Assembly (NCBI GenBank): GCA_002269645.1
Contig: NIVC01000232.1
Coordinates: forward strand, 388,297-452,296
Source: Macrostomum lignano
Taxonomy: Eukaryota
DNA length: 64,000 nt
Direction of reading: 5' to 3'
In this document: positions 51,001-61,172 of the stretch, piece by piece
Layout of the letters: each line of letters opens with the position of its first letter
Numbering within the stretch: position 1 is the stretch's first letter
Notes under the pieces: generated by a model
Databases searched by the model: none
Seen by the model: the letters and a program-made list of their open reading frames with translations, nothing else
Told to the model about the DNA's origin: nothing
Program-made: the position numbers and the translations under genes

Positions 51001-54000
51001 AGAGATCGAGCGAATATTCGAACTAGCCAGAACCCTGCAGCTCGTGGTGCTGGACTGCGACACCATCAACCACCCGGGCCAGCTGGCCAAGACCTCTCTA
51101 GCTCCCATCATAGTCTACCTGAAGATCAACTCTGTCAAGGTATTACAGCGGCTAATTAAAAGTCGGGGCAAATCGCAGACTAGAAACATGACTCAGCAAC
51201 TTAGCTTGGCTGAGAAACTGCTGCAATGCAGCCCGGTGAGTCAGTTCTCATATTTCTATTACTCATATACTTCTTTTAAGGGTGACATATATCGAAGAGT
51301 ACTTTCCAAAGTGACATAGATCGGAGTGCTTGTAAGAATGACATGGCTCGGAGTGCTTTCAAGGGTGACATGGATCGGAGCGCTTGTAAGAATGACTTGG
51401 CTCGGAGTGCTTTCAAGAGTGACATGGATCGGAGCGCTTGTAAGAATGACATGGCTTGGAGTGCTTGTAAGAATGACATGACTTGGAGTGCTTGTAAGAA
51501 TGACATGGCTCGGAGTGCTTTCAAGAGTGACATGGATCGGAGCGCTTGTAAGAATGACATGGCTTGGAGTGCTTGTAAGAATGACATGGCTTGGAGTGCT
51601 TGTAAGAATGACATGGCTTGGAGTGCTTGTAAGAATGACATGGCTCGGAGTGCTTGTAAGAGTGACATGGATCGGAGCGCTTGTAAGAGTGACATGGATC
51701 GGAGTGCTATCAAGAGTGAAATGGATCGGAGTGCTTTCAAGAGTGACATGGATCGGAGTGCTTGTAAGAGTGAGATACATTGATCGGAGTGCTTGTAAGA
51801 GTGATATACATTGATCGTAGTGCTTGTAAGAGTGACATACATTGATCGGAGTGCTTTCCAGAGTGACATGGATCGGAGTGCTTTCAAGAGTGACATGGAT
51901 CGGAGTGCTTGTAAGAGTGACATACATTGATCGGAGTGCTTGTAAGAGTGACATACATTGATCGGAGTGCTTGTAAATTGTAAGAGTGACATACATTGAT
52001 CGGAGTGCTTGTAAATTGTAAGAGTGACATACATTGATCGGAGTGCTTGTAAATTGTAAGAGTGACATACATTGATCGGAGTGCTTGTAAATTGTAAGAG
52101 TGACATACATTGATCGGAGTGCTTGTAAGAGTGACATACATGGATCGGAGTGCTTTCCAAAGTGACATGGACCGGAGTGCTATCAAGAGTGACATTGATC
52201 AGAGTGCTTTTTAAGAGTGACATGAATCGGAGTGCTATCAAGCGTGACATGCATGGATTGGAGTGTTTTCAAAAGTGACATGGATCGGGGAGTGCTGCCA
52301 AGAGTGCCTTCAGGAGTGAAATATTGGGAGTGCCTTTAAAAGTGACGGAATTGATTTCTTTCTGGAAACACTTATAGTATACTGCTTTCAGTAGTGAAAA
52401 AAAACAAAAAATTAAAGTGCTTTCAAAGATTGAATATGAAAAAACCGCGGCCTGTAAACTGTTTAGAGCAATAAGAAACCAAAATCCATGCGCTATCCAG
52501 GACTCATTCGATGTCGCCCTGGACGAGAACCAGCTGGAGGACGCTTGCGAGCACCTGTCCGAGTACCTGGAGGCCTACTGGCGGGCCACTCATCCGCCTT
52601 CAATGCTGAGCAAAGCCGAACGGTTGCTGGGACTGGGCGGCGCCGTCCCGCCGCATCCCGCCTCACAGCCGCTGCCGCCGCAGGTGAATGAATTTGAAAA
52701 TGTTGATTTGGATTGTGTTGACTGTTAATTGGTGTCCTCATTTGCCATTGGTCATGTCACCTCCCCTATGTTTATTCCCTTCCCCCATCCGTATACCCTC
52801 TCCGAACCGTCGCTGCCATCTCCCTCCGTCTAAGCCCTCTCCCCTCTGTCTCTACCCTCTTCCCTCTGTCTCTACCCTCTCCCCGCCGTCTGTACCCTCT
52901 TCCCTCTGTCTCTACCCTCTCCCCACCATCTCTAACCTCTCCCCGCCGTCTGTACCCTCTTCCCTCTGTCTCTACCCTCTCCCCATCATCTCTACCCTCT
53001 CCCCGCCGTCTGTACCCTCTTCCCTCTGTCTCTACCCTCTCCCCACCATCTCTAACCTCTCCCCGCCGTCTGTACCCTCTTCCCTCTGTCTCTACCCTCT
53101 CCCCGCCGTCTGTACCCTCTTCCCTCTGTCTCTAACCTCTCCCCGCCGTCTGTACCCTCTTCCCTCTGTCTCTACCCTCTCCCCGCCGTCTGTACCCTCT
53201 TCCCTCTGTCTCTACCCTCTCCCCGCCGTCTGTACCCTCTTCCCTCTGTCTCTACCCTCTCCCCGCCGTCTGTACCCTCTTCCCTCTGTCTCTACCCTCT
53301 CCCCGCCGTCTGTACCCTCTTCCCTCTGTCTCTAACCTCTCCCCGCCGTCTGTACCCTCTTCCCTCTGTCTCTACCCTCTCCCCGCCGTCTGTACCCTCT
53401 TCCCTCTGTCTCTACCCTCTCCCCGCCGTCTCTACCCTCTCCCCTCTGTCTCTACCCTCTCCCCTCTGTCTCTACCCTCTCCCCTCTGTCTCTACCCTCT
53501 CCCCACCGTCTCTAACCTCTCCCCACCGTCTGTACCCTCTTCCCTCTGACTATACCCTCCCCCCTCTAACTATACCCTCTCCCCTCTGTCTGTACCCTCC
53601 CTCCTCTGTGTATATCCTCTTCCCTCTGTCTCTACCCTCTACCCTCTCCAATCTGTCTATACCCCTTCCCCGCCGCCTACACCCTGTCACAATCTTCCCC
53701 TCATTCTAAACACACTCGCACTAAATTGTCACTGCTTTTACCTGTCATATTTAAACAGCCGATGCGCAATCACCAGCAGCAGCAGCAGCAGCCGCTGCCT
53801 CAACCGCAGCACCAGCACAGCGGCTCAGGCGGCAGCGGCGGCGGCCTGTGGTGCGGCGATCCGGAAGATTTCCGAAGCGATCGCCAGCTTCGAGTTGGCG
53901 CCGGCGCCGGCGCCTCCGCCAGTCAGGGTCAGGGGCAGCAGCGGAGGCGCCAGCTGCCCCAACCGCCGCCGCCGCCGCCGCCCGCACCGAATTTTGGTCA

Positions 54001-54016
54001 GCGTGGCATCATTTAA
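42094..54016 (+). CDS. CACNB: Voltage-gated calcium channel beta subunit (CaV-beta, SH3 + guanylate-kinase-like); 5' start exon not located
   Basis: Exons 42094-42237 (..SLIRQ), 47680-48067 ([38 protein letters not shown]), 48955-49097, 49901-50150 ([43 protein letters not shown]), 50988-51235 ([25 protein letters not shown]), 52501-52683 ([30 protein letters not shown]), 53759-54016. All GT-AG with consistent phases. Confidence 0.95.
42378..43380. repeat. 20-bp minisatellite (gagacaggggcgcccaccaa), donor side of CaV-beta intron 1
   Basis: Direct reading. Confidence 0.96.
43895..47535. repeat. 18-21-bp minisatellite (ctgtagctggcgccccctct and variants), acceptor side of CaV-beta intron 1
   Basis: Two sub-domains; after about 46540 units alternate with ctgtagcttgcatggcacccct. 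Confidence 0.96.
48085..48900. repeat. 24-bp minisatellite (ctggtgtaatacccctagacttac), CaV-beta intron 2
   Basis: Direct reading. Confidence 0.96.
49190..49850. repeat. 25-bp minisatellite (aaactgtcaggttggtcaggtcctt), CaV-beta intron 3
   Basis: Direct reading. Confidence 0.96.
50185..50845. repeat. 21-bp minisatellite (ccccactgactatatcctgac), CaV-beta intron 4
   Basis: Direct reading. Confidence 0.96.
51280..52340. repeat. 27-bp minisatellite (gagtgacatggatcggagtgcttgtaa), CaV-beta intron 5
   Basis: Direct reading. Confidence 0.95.
52830..53670. repeat. 20/40-bp pyrimidine-rich minisatellite, CaV-beta intron 6
   Basis: Unit ccctcttccctctgtctctaccctctccccgccgtctgta. Confidence 0.95.
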
Positions 54017-54764
54017 AACAAAAAATACAAATTCATCATATATTGCTACTGATAATTGACCTATTAGTAGTGTAAAACATTTTCCTTTGTCGCTTTTTTG
54101 TTGAATAACAATTTACTAGAAAAAATGCGTTTTTGAGAATTTTAAGAAAAAAGCAATTTTGTTTATTTATAAATTTCCTTTATTTTTATGTCTAGCCTTT
54201 TATCTGGTCTTTAAGAGCAATGAATTCTCGTGCCCATTCTGCAGCAGTGTGACATTATTTATACATTTTGTAGCTTTTTAATCTTTTTTTTTCACTCGCC
54301 TAGTCATGGTTTATTATTTGTCTCGATGTTTTAACATTTTAAACCTGTAAATAACTTTATTGATATATTTAGAATGTTGATATTTACTATGATTTATTAA
54401 ATATGTTTATTCTGTCTGTTTATCACATAACCAATAAGCTTGCAGTGGTTTGCTCTAACTATACTTCTAGTTATATACAAAGTCTATATTAACATTTACT
54501 CGAAATTGCTGTAACGTTTTAATTGTCTGACTATAAATTTAACAGTGTGATTGCCATTTTGATTATTATTTTCCATTTTCTTTATTGTTCAGAAGAAACA
54601 CGTTTTAATGCTTCTTTTGTTAAAGCGATGTATACTATAGCAAAAATAATAAATCTATACAAAGCATGAAAATTAATTATACTAAAATATTAAATGTATT
54701 TCATTTACTAATTATAAATATCAGCTAAGTGGATTTTGTGATTGTTTTAAAAGACCCCCTAGCC

Positions 54765-55195
54765 TTGTAGGGGGTTGTCGGCTAGTGGGGGGTTGTCGCC
54801 TGGTAGGGGGTTGTAGCCTAGTGTTGGGGTTGTAGCCTGGTAGGGGATTGTAGGCTATTGGGGGGTTGTAGCCTGGGGGTTGTAGCCTGGGGGTTGTAGC
54901 CTGGGGTTGTAGCCTGGTTGGGGGTTGTAGGCTAGTGTTGGGGTTGTAGCCTAGTGTTGGGGTTGTAGCCTAGTGTTGGGGGTTGTAGCCTAGTGTTGGG
55001 GGTTGTAGCCTAGTGTTGGGGTTGTAGCCTAGTGTTGGGGGTTGTAGCCTGGTAGGGGATTGTAGGCTATTGGGGGTTGTAGCCTGGGGTTGTAGCCTGG
55101 TTGGGGGTTGTAGGCTAGTGGGGTTGTAGCCTGGGGGTTGTAGCCTGGTTGGGGTTGTAGCCTGGTAGAGGGTTGTAGGCTAGTGGGGGTTGTAG
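54765..55195. repeat. 17-20-bp minisatellite (ggggttgtagcctagtg..) contiguous with the tRNA-like head
   Basis: Unit equals the first ~17 nt of the adjacent tRNA-like sequence. Confidence 0.9.
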
Positions 55196-55360
55196 CCAAA
55201 GGGTTAGAGCGTCAGACTCACGACTTGAAAGTCGGGGTTCGATTCCGGATCCCACTTGTAACAAATTGCCATGGTGCTTCGGGCTTTTTCTTGTCAACCT
55301 TTTGGGTTCTCCTCGAGCGACCTCTTGAGACGGCCTCCCAATCTGCCAGATGGTCTTTAC
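55186..55360 (+). mobile_element. tRNA-derived SINE-like head and body, interrupted by MITE A
   Basis: GGGGTTGTAGCCAAAGGGTTAGAGC (A-box/D-arm), anticodon-like loop CTCACGA, B-box GGTTCGATTCC; T-stem and acceptor stem pair poorly; continues into non-tRNA sequence. Confidence 0.65.
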
Positions 55361-55814
55361 CACAGATACTAAAATAACTAGATGGGCCACTCAGGCATAT
55401 ATACTTAGTAAAACAGCTTTCTACTTTCAGTTCAGTAGCAAGGAAGTATACATAAGTTATTTTATAAAAATAAAGGCAGCTGAAATGACTTTGATAAGTT
55501 TAGAAGCCCAAGCTTGCAGGCGTAAACAGCTTGCTAATTGGTTCGGAAGTAATGTACATTAGCCAGTCCACTGAAATGTACATGGCCGCTTTAGGCTGGA
55601 ATCCCAAGAAAGGCAATAAAAATTAGGGTGGGCGGGGCGAGGGGGTAGTGTGGAAAGGCGCGATTGGAGGTTTAAGTGGGGGAGGGGGTAAGAGCAATAA
55701 ATGAGCCTCGCTTTAAAAATACATTAAAATGCTTCTGTTTAACTTGCTACTGAACTGAAAGTAGCTTACACGCAAATGTGCTGAGTGGCCCATCTGGTTA
55801 TTCTAGTATCTGTG
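55361..55814. mobile_element. hAT-type MITE family A, opposite orientation, inserted in a SINE-like element
   Basis: Same TIRs and body as 4721-5178, reverse-complemented; exact 8-bp TSD GTCTTTAC (55353-55360, 55815-55822). Confidence 0.92.
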
Positions 55815-56223
55815 GTCTTTACTTGCAATTGCTCTCCTCATTCTGTTAGCCTATTCGCATTTCGCATGCTTGTTATTGAAGTTAGAATCTGCATTGAGGA
55901 CAAAAAAGTCGTAGAACAGCGGCTCCTGCAACAGCTGTGGGCAGCATGGCGACTCGGCGCGGATGATGTGACCTGTCAGCCTGTAACATCGCAACACCAA
56001 CCATGCAGCGCTTGTTCAGTTGTTGCTGGGAGGTAAACATAGATTAAGTGTGTGTTGTTGGACATCCTGCAGTTAAACCTGCACTACTCACTGCACCGCG
56101 ACCTCGACCAACCTGGTGCAGGTGGCGGACTTCGAAAATGCCTGGCATTATCCTGCTTAGGGAGCCCTCGACGAAGGTAAGATCCTAGCTGATAAATTCT
56201 TCGTGGTTTTTGACTGGTTACAG

Positions 56224-58066
56224 TGTCCATCAACGAAGGCAAGTCAACGATGTACATAGAGAGAGCAAACGTACATTAAAAGCGATACAATTACTCAGCA
56301 AAATATTTGTCCTATAGTTCGATGATACCAGTTCAATAACTGCCAATAAGGCAAGGAATAAAACCATTACATTTCTCTCCCCGCAAAACAAGTAGAAAAA
56401 ACCGGAGAGGATTTTAAAAAATTGAAACGCAGAACCTTTTAAAAAGCATGCATTCACGTTCTCTGACAGTCCAGCCCGGCTCCCAGTAAGGGTGCCAGCT
56501 TCGTGCGCCGCATCTCGATGCTGAGCAGCACCTCGGCGCCTTGCAGGAACTGCGGCAGGTCCGCCACATTCGCGGATCCGGGCCAGCCGCCGCTCCAGCA
56601 GTGCTAAGTAGGTGCCGATGTCGAACTGCCGCTCGTTGCTCTGGAACTGCGGCGGGAGCTGCGGGTCGCGGCCCGTCATCACCGTCAGCGGCGCCACTTT
56701 GGTTGAGCTGTGGACCCTGGAGTTTTAGGACAGGACCACCAGCGGCAGCTGCTCCTCCCAGCTGGACTCGGTCTCGGCGAACAGCCGCGGCAGCTGACGG
56801 CAGCTACCAGGCCTTCCGACACGTAGAACGGATGCCGCCGCTCGTTGCCGCCCGCCGTTACCGCCAGGCTGGCCACCTGCTGCACCGGCACCGCCTGCTG
56901 ATTGACTGCCCGCAGCTCCAGGTGCACGCTCTCCAGCTGAACTGACTGCATGCTCTGCAGGAACCGCTTGTCCCCGATTGACACCTGGCTGCCAGAGTCG
57001 ATCAGCGCCGTGACGTCCGCACCTCCGATCCTGCACTGCAGCTTGGATGTTGACGGGTTCGGCTTGATGACGACAGCTGCTGCGCTGCTGCTGGATGCGC
57101 CTGCCCGCCCCTCTCTGCGCCCCGGAACAGTCCGCTCACGCTGGGGCCGCGCTCAGAACTGGCCAGGGTGTCGTTTCCCGACGGCTGCTTGCAGTTCCTG
57201 GCGATGCGGCCGCGGTGGTTGCAGTTCCAGCAGGTCTCCTCGCACTGCGAACCGCGCAGGAGTCCGAAGCCTCCGAGCCCAGCTTCGCCGCCAGGTCTTG
57301 GACCGTCGCCTGCAGCGAGCTGACCGCAGCCCTCAGTTCTGCAGTCTCGGCGCTGCCGCCGCGAGAGGCTGCCGGCTTCCATCCGTGGTAGCAGAAGGCA
57401 GCTCCAGCAGCAGTTGTGCCGCGCAAGAGCGTCACTCGCCGTCTTGACTGTCGCGTCGCCTCTGATCTGCCCGCTGACATCCGCAGGCAGTCCACAGATG
57501 AAGTGATGGGTCAGCATGGTGTCCGCGGCGTTCTTGTTGCTGATGCCAGCGTCCTTGAGCAGCTGCTTCAGGTGGTAGAGGAACAGCTGAGGAGGTTCAC
57601 CAGGCAGCAGCTTCCGGCTCTCGAATGCCTCCAGCGCTGAGAAGTGCTGGCTGTCTGGGTGGAAAGCCTCGGTTAATGCTTTGGTCACCTGACTGTAGTC
57701 GCTCTTGTCCTTGTCGTCGAGCTCAAGGAAGACCGCCAGAGCTTCGCCATCCAGAAACGTTGGCAGCTGCAAGTGCTTCTCGTTTGTCCACTTGTTGGCT
57801 GCCGCACACAGCTCAAACCGCTGCAGCCACTCACTAAAGTTGCCAGAGCTTAAAGTTCTCGGAATTGCGCGGTGGCTGCCCCTGCCATTCTGAGCTCTGC
57901 TACCACTTGTAAAAATCAACGAAGGCCCGTGAGGCAGTGCTCGCTATATTTATGCAAGTGGAGTCAGCGATGTACATAGAGAGCCAACGTACATTAAAGC
58001 GATACCATTACTCAGCAAAATATTTGTCATACTTCAATAACTGCCGACAAGGCAAGAAATAAAACA
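56224..58066 (-). mobile_element. Internally deleted Ty3/Gypsy LTR retrotransposon (gag, protease, integrase C-terminal remnant; RT and RNase H absent)
   Basis: Diverged short LTRs near 57908-58066 and 56224-56371 (TGTAA..TTACA); PBS TGGTAGCAGAGC 57894-57905 (tRNAi-Met type); [16 protein letters not shown] 56372-56384; gag WLQRFELCAAANKW..LPTFLDGEALAVF, knuckle CWNCNHRGRIARNC; protease ALIDSGSQVS; integrase tail WEEQLPLVVLS*NSRVHSSTKVAPLTVMTGRDPQLP. Confidence 0.9.
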
Positions 58067-58067
58067 T

Positions 58068-59960
58068 ACCCGGTAACCCCCAGACACACCCGGTAATCGA
58101 CAAGACACACCCAATAACCCAAAGACACACCCACTAATACCAAGACACACCCACTAATCTCAAGACACACCCATAATACCAAGACACATCCACTAATACC
58201 AAGACACACCCACTAATCCCAAGAAACACCCACGAATCCCAAGACACATCCACTAGTCCCAAGGCACACCCACTAGTCCCAAGACACATCCACTAATCCA
58301 AGACACACCCACTAATCCCAAGACACACCCACTAATCCCAAGACACAACCACTAATCCCAAGACACACCCACTAATCCCAAGACACACCCACTAATACCA
58401 AGACACACCCACTAACCCCCAAGACACACCCACTAATCCCAAGACGCACCCACTAATCCCAAGATACACCCACTAATCCCAAGACACACCCACTAATCCC
58501 AAGACACACCCACTAATCCCAAGACACACCCACTAATCTCAAGATACACCCACTAATCCCAAGACACACCCACTAATCCCAAGACACACCCGCTAATCCC
58601 AAAACACACCCACTAGTCCCAAGGCACACCCACTAATCCCAAGACACACCCACTAATCCCAAGACACACCCACTAATACCAAGACACACCCACTAACCCC
58701 CATGACACACCCACTAATCCCAAGACACACCCACTAACCCCCAAGACACACCCACTAATCCCAAGACACACCCACAAATCCCAAGACACACCCACTAATC
58801 CAAGACACACCCACTAATCCCAAGACACACCCACTAATCCCAAGACACACCACTAATCCCAAGACACACCCACTAATCCCAAGACACACCACTAATCTCA
58901 AGACACACCCATAACCCCCAAGACACACCCACTAATCCCAAGACACACCCACTAATCTCAAGACACACCCACTAAACCCCAAGACACACCCACTAATCTC
59001 AAGACACACCCACTAATCCCAAGACACACCCACTAATCCCAAGACACACCCACTAATACCCAAGACACCCACTAATCTCAAGACACACCCACTAATACCA
59101 AGACACACCCACTAATCCAAGACACACCCACCAATACCAAGACACACCCACTAATCTCAAGACACACCCACTAATCTCAAGACACACCCACTAATCTCAA
59201 GACACACCCACTAATCTCAAGACACACCCACTAATCCAAGACACACCCACTAATACCAAGACACCCACTAATCTCAAGACACACCCACTAATCTCAAGAC
59301 ACACCACTAATCCCAAGACACACCCACTAATACCAAGACACCCACTAATCTCAAGACACACCCACTAATCCAAGACACACCCACTAATCCAAGACACACC
59401 CACTAATCCCAAGACACACCCACTAATCCCAAGACACACCCACTAATCCCAAGACACACCCACTAATCCCAAGACACACCCACTAATCCCAAGACACACC
59501 CACTAATCCAAGAGACACCCACTAATCCCAAGACACACCCACTAATCCCAAGACACACCACTAATCCCAAGACACACCCACTAATCCCAAGACACACCCA
59601 CTAATACCCAAGACACACCCACTAATCCAAGACACACCCACTAATCCCAAGACACACCCACTAATCCAAGACACACCACTAATCCTAAGACACACCCACT
59701 AATCCAAGACACACCCACTAATACCCAAGACACACCCACTAATCCAAGACACACCCACTAATCCTAAGACACACCCACTAATCCCAAGACACACCCACTA
59801 ATCATAAGATCCCAAGATCCTAATCCTAAGACACACCCACTAATCCTAAGACACACCCACTAATCCCAAGACACACCCAATAATCCCAAGACACATCCAC
59901 TAATCCCAAGACACACCCACTAATACCAAGACACCCACTAATCTCAAGACACACCCACTA
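58068..59960. repeat. 20-bp minisatellite (aagacacacccactaatccc) abutting the 5' LTR
   Basis: Direct reading. Confidence 0.96.
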
Positions 59961-60264
59961 ATCTAATCTAACTAACCACCCTCACTAGGCCCGAGAATCT
60001 AAAGGGGATTAATTGTTTCCTTTTGCTCTAAGTAAGCCTGTCATGACAACTACACTAAGAAATTTTCGAATTTTAAAATGACTTTTAACATGCAAGAAGC
60101 GTTCTTTAAGAACTCGTTTTAATTCAAATTTGAAAATGAAATGGTGCTCGAAATCTTCGCGAGAAACTCGATTGCTAAATATTAAAAACAAAGGATTTGT
60201 AGGAGCCAGTAGGCTTGTGTATTTTCGCGACAGGGACAAGCAACCGATTTGTTGACAGTACATT

Positions 60265-60955
60265 AGAGAAATTTATCATTCTGGGACAGTACATAACACA
60301 AATTTATCATGCTGTGACAGTAAATTACAGAAGTTTATCATGCTGTGACAATACATTACAGAAAATTATCATGCTGTGAAAGTAAATTACAGAAGTTTAC
60401 GAGCGTATCATGCTGTGACAATACATTACAGAGATTTATCACGCTGGGACATTACAGAAATTTATCAAGCAGTGACAATACATTACAGAAATTTATCAAG
60501 CTGTAATAATACATTACAGAAATTTATCATGCTGTAATAATACATTACAGAAATTTATCATGCTGTAATAATACATTACAGAAATTTATCAAGCTGTGAA
60601 AGTAAATTACAGAAGTTTATCATGCTGTGACAATACATTACAGAGATTTATCACGCTGGGACATTACAGAAATTTATCAAGCAGTGACAATACATTACAG
60701 AAATTTATCAAGCTGTGACAATACATTACAGAAATTTATCAAGCTGTGACAATACATTACAGAAATTTATCAAGCAGTGACAATACATTACAGAAATTTA
60801 TCAAGCAGTGACAATACATTACAGAAATTTATCAAGCTGTGACAATACATTACAGAAATTTATCAAGCTGTGACAATACATTACAGAAATTTATCAAGCT
60901 GTAATAATACATTACAGAAATTTATCACGCTGGGACATTACAGAAATTTATCATG
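60265..60955. repeat. 31-bp AT-rich minisatellite (tacattacagaaatttatcaagctgtgacaa)
   Basis: Direct reading. Confidence 0.93.
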
Positions 60956-61172
60956 TTAAGCTTGAAGAATTGCTAGAAACAGTCAACAGAGGGTTACCAA
61001 TTGCTCACAGACTGAGCAGCGAAGAAGCGATGCTTCTGCAATTCTCTATCAATATACGCTGCTGAAATAAAATCAATGATGAGCTTCAACACTGAGCTCA
61101 GTGGGCCATTTGCAATGAATTGAAACTGAAGCCAGTGACCGATCCAAACCGCTATGCAGATTCGATTCGAAC

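Noticed and set aside
55186-55254. Functional tRNA-Val(CAC) gene
   Set aside because: The T-stem and acceptor stem pair poorly and there is no T-run terminator right after; it continues as a SINE-like body.
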